This document shows, in pieces, positions 63,305 to 64,000 of a DNA stretch of 64,000 nucleotides; within the stretch, counting starts at the first letter, position 1; the number at the start of each line of letters is the position of its first letter. The notes under the pieces were generated by a model that was given only the letters and a program-made list of their open reading frames with translations, was not told the DNA's origin and did not search any database. Source of the stretch: Patescibacteria group bacterium (GTDB lineage Bacteria > Patescibacteriota > Patescibacteriia > 2-02-FULL-49-11); assembly GCA_041645165.1 (NCBI GenBank), contig JBAZQN010000008.1, positions 2,374 through 66,373 on the forward strand, given 5' to 3'. The translations under genes and the position numbers were made by a program.

Positions 63305-64000
63305 GGCACCCGCGTGGCATGAGGGGCTTATCATCGCCGCAAGCGGAGAAGTGGTATGTGCACGAGTCCCTACGGCAAAGCCGCAAGAGGGAGAGCTATT
63401 AGTTTCAATTCTGCGCGCGGGAGTGTGTGGAACTGACGTGCAGATTCTCAAGGGCGAGCGGCACGATCGTACCAAAATCTTGGGGCATGAGGGATTGGGT
63501 GTGGTGATAGGTGCAGGATCCAAAGCAGATGAATCGTGGATGGGGAAATATGTGGTGTTCAATCCCGTTGATCCATGCGATCAAGAGCGGATTCTTGGGC
63601 ACAGCTACGACGGAATTTTTCAACAGTACTTTCTTGTTTCTCGTGACGCGCGGCGACGGGGGCTGCTCGTTCCCTATGATGTAGAATTACCGTATATATA
63701 CGGTCCCTTGGTCGAGCCGCTTGCTACCGTAGTGTATGCACATTCCCTCGTGGAGAGGAAAGTCAAGCCGAAAGCGGTCGCGGTGGTAGGAGCAGGTCCT
63801 ATAGGTATCATCCATGCGCTCGTTAGTAAGATATGCGACGATGCTTGTATATTCCTTATTAATAGGTCACCCGCACGCCTCCATTGGGCCATCGAGCATA
63901 GGATCATAACTCATGGAGAGGCAATTCAAGACATCGGTCATCTCGCTGAAGAAATGTTGCGTCGCACAGGCGGAATGGGGGTAGATGCGGTGTATTTGTG
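63282..64000 (+). CDS. Zn-dependent medium-chain dehydrogenase/reductase (ADH/sorbitol/threonine-dehydrogenase-like), 3'-truncated by the window edge.
   Basis: The frame from ATG 63282 (not in the ORF track because no stop falls within the window) carries GHEGLGVV (Zn-binding GHE), a Cys-rich structural-Zn region and the Rossmann motif VVGAGPIGII. Confidence 0.6.
   Translation, partial: MQDQAIREAPAWHEGLIIAASGEVVCARVPTAKPQEGELLVSILRAGVCGTDVQILKGERHDRTKILGHEGLGVVIGAGSKADESWMGKYVVFNPVDPCDQERILGHSYDGIFQQYFLVSRDARRRGLLVPYDVELPYIYGPLVEPLATVVYAHSLVERKVKPKAVAVVGAGPIGIIHALVSKICDDACIFLINRSPARLHWAIEHRIITHGEAIQDIGHLAEEMLRRTGGMGVDAVYL

Overview
This 64 kb window reads like a compact, gene-dense chromosomal segment from a small-genome bacterium. 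GC content is roughly in the mid-40s percent. The gene content (type IV pilus genes, reduced Suf machinery, sortase, SecA/SecD/SecF, many small hypothetical proteins) fits a Candidate-Phyla-Radiation/Patescibacteria-like or reduced Gram-positive-like organism. That placement is inference from gene content only. TGA is used as a stop codon: many well-bounded genes end in TGA, so this is not genetic code 25.

Gene order across the window:
- 1-5652: the window begins inside an intein-containing sufB, followed by sufD-like, sufS, a low-GC inserted methyltransferase, a sufU-DUF1858 fusion and a ferredoxin.
- 5708-15590 (minus strand): a type IV pilus operon with pilB, pilC, a giant pseudopilin, a pseudopilin, a PilX-like protein, pilM, pilN-like and pilO-like genes.
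- 15652-18257: a membrane protein, an ATE1/Bpt-like transferase and a Mur ligase.
- 18387-21912: a LysW-like zinc-ribbon mini-protein, a fold-type-II PLP enzyme, an ATP-grasp ligase and an NlpC/P60-like amidase, fused to the division-cell-wall block mraY-ftsW-murG-murC (21897-26854).
- 26892-34710: a polyamine module (Orn/Arg-type decarboxylase, deoxyhypusine-synthase-like protein, SMR transporter, N-carbamoylputrescine amidase, agmatine deiminase).
- 34862-43920: secA, two NUDIX hydrolases, mpg, a four-helix-bundle gene with an in-frame TGA, an L,D-transpeptidase, secD carrying an embedded parvulin domain, and secF.
- 43963-46243 (minus strand): a sortase and its surface substrate.
- 46499-51207: a sigma-region-4 protein, a membrane protein and a VirD4/TraD-like ATPase.
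- 51893-58766: a two-component pair, a PMT-family glycosyltransferase, mnmA, an acylphosphatase and a GT2 glycosyltransferase.
- 58780-64000: a higher-GC block with a kinase-like protein, an SDR, a frameshifted ROK-kinase::DHQS-like fusion and a Zn-dependent alcohol dehydrogenase.

The strongest sequence-level observation is a family of palindromic intergenic repeat elements. One ~75-nt copy appears to sit in-frame inside a coding sequence, in the manner of a Rickettsia palindromic element.

I could not run any homology search, alignment or fold prediction. All product calls rest on motifs I recognised by eye.
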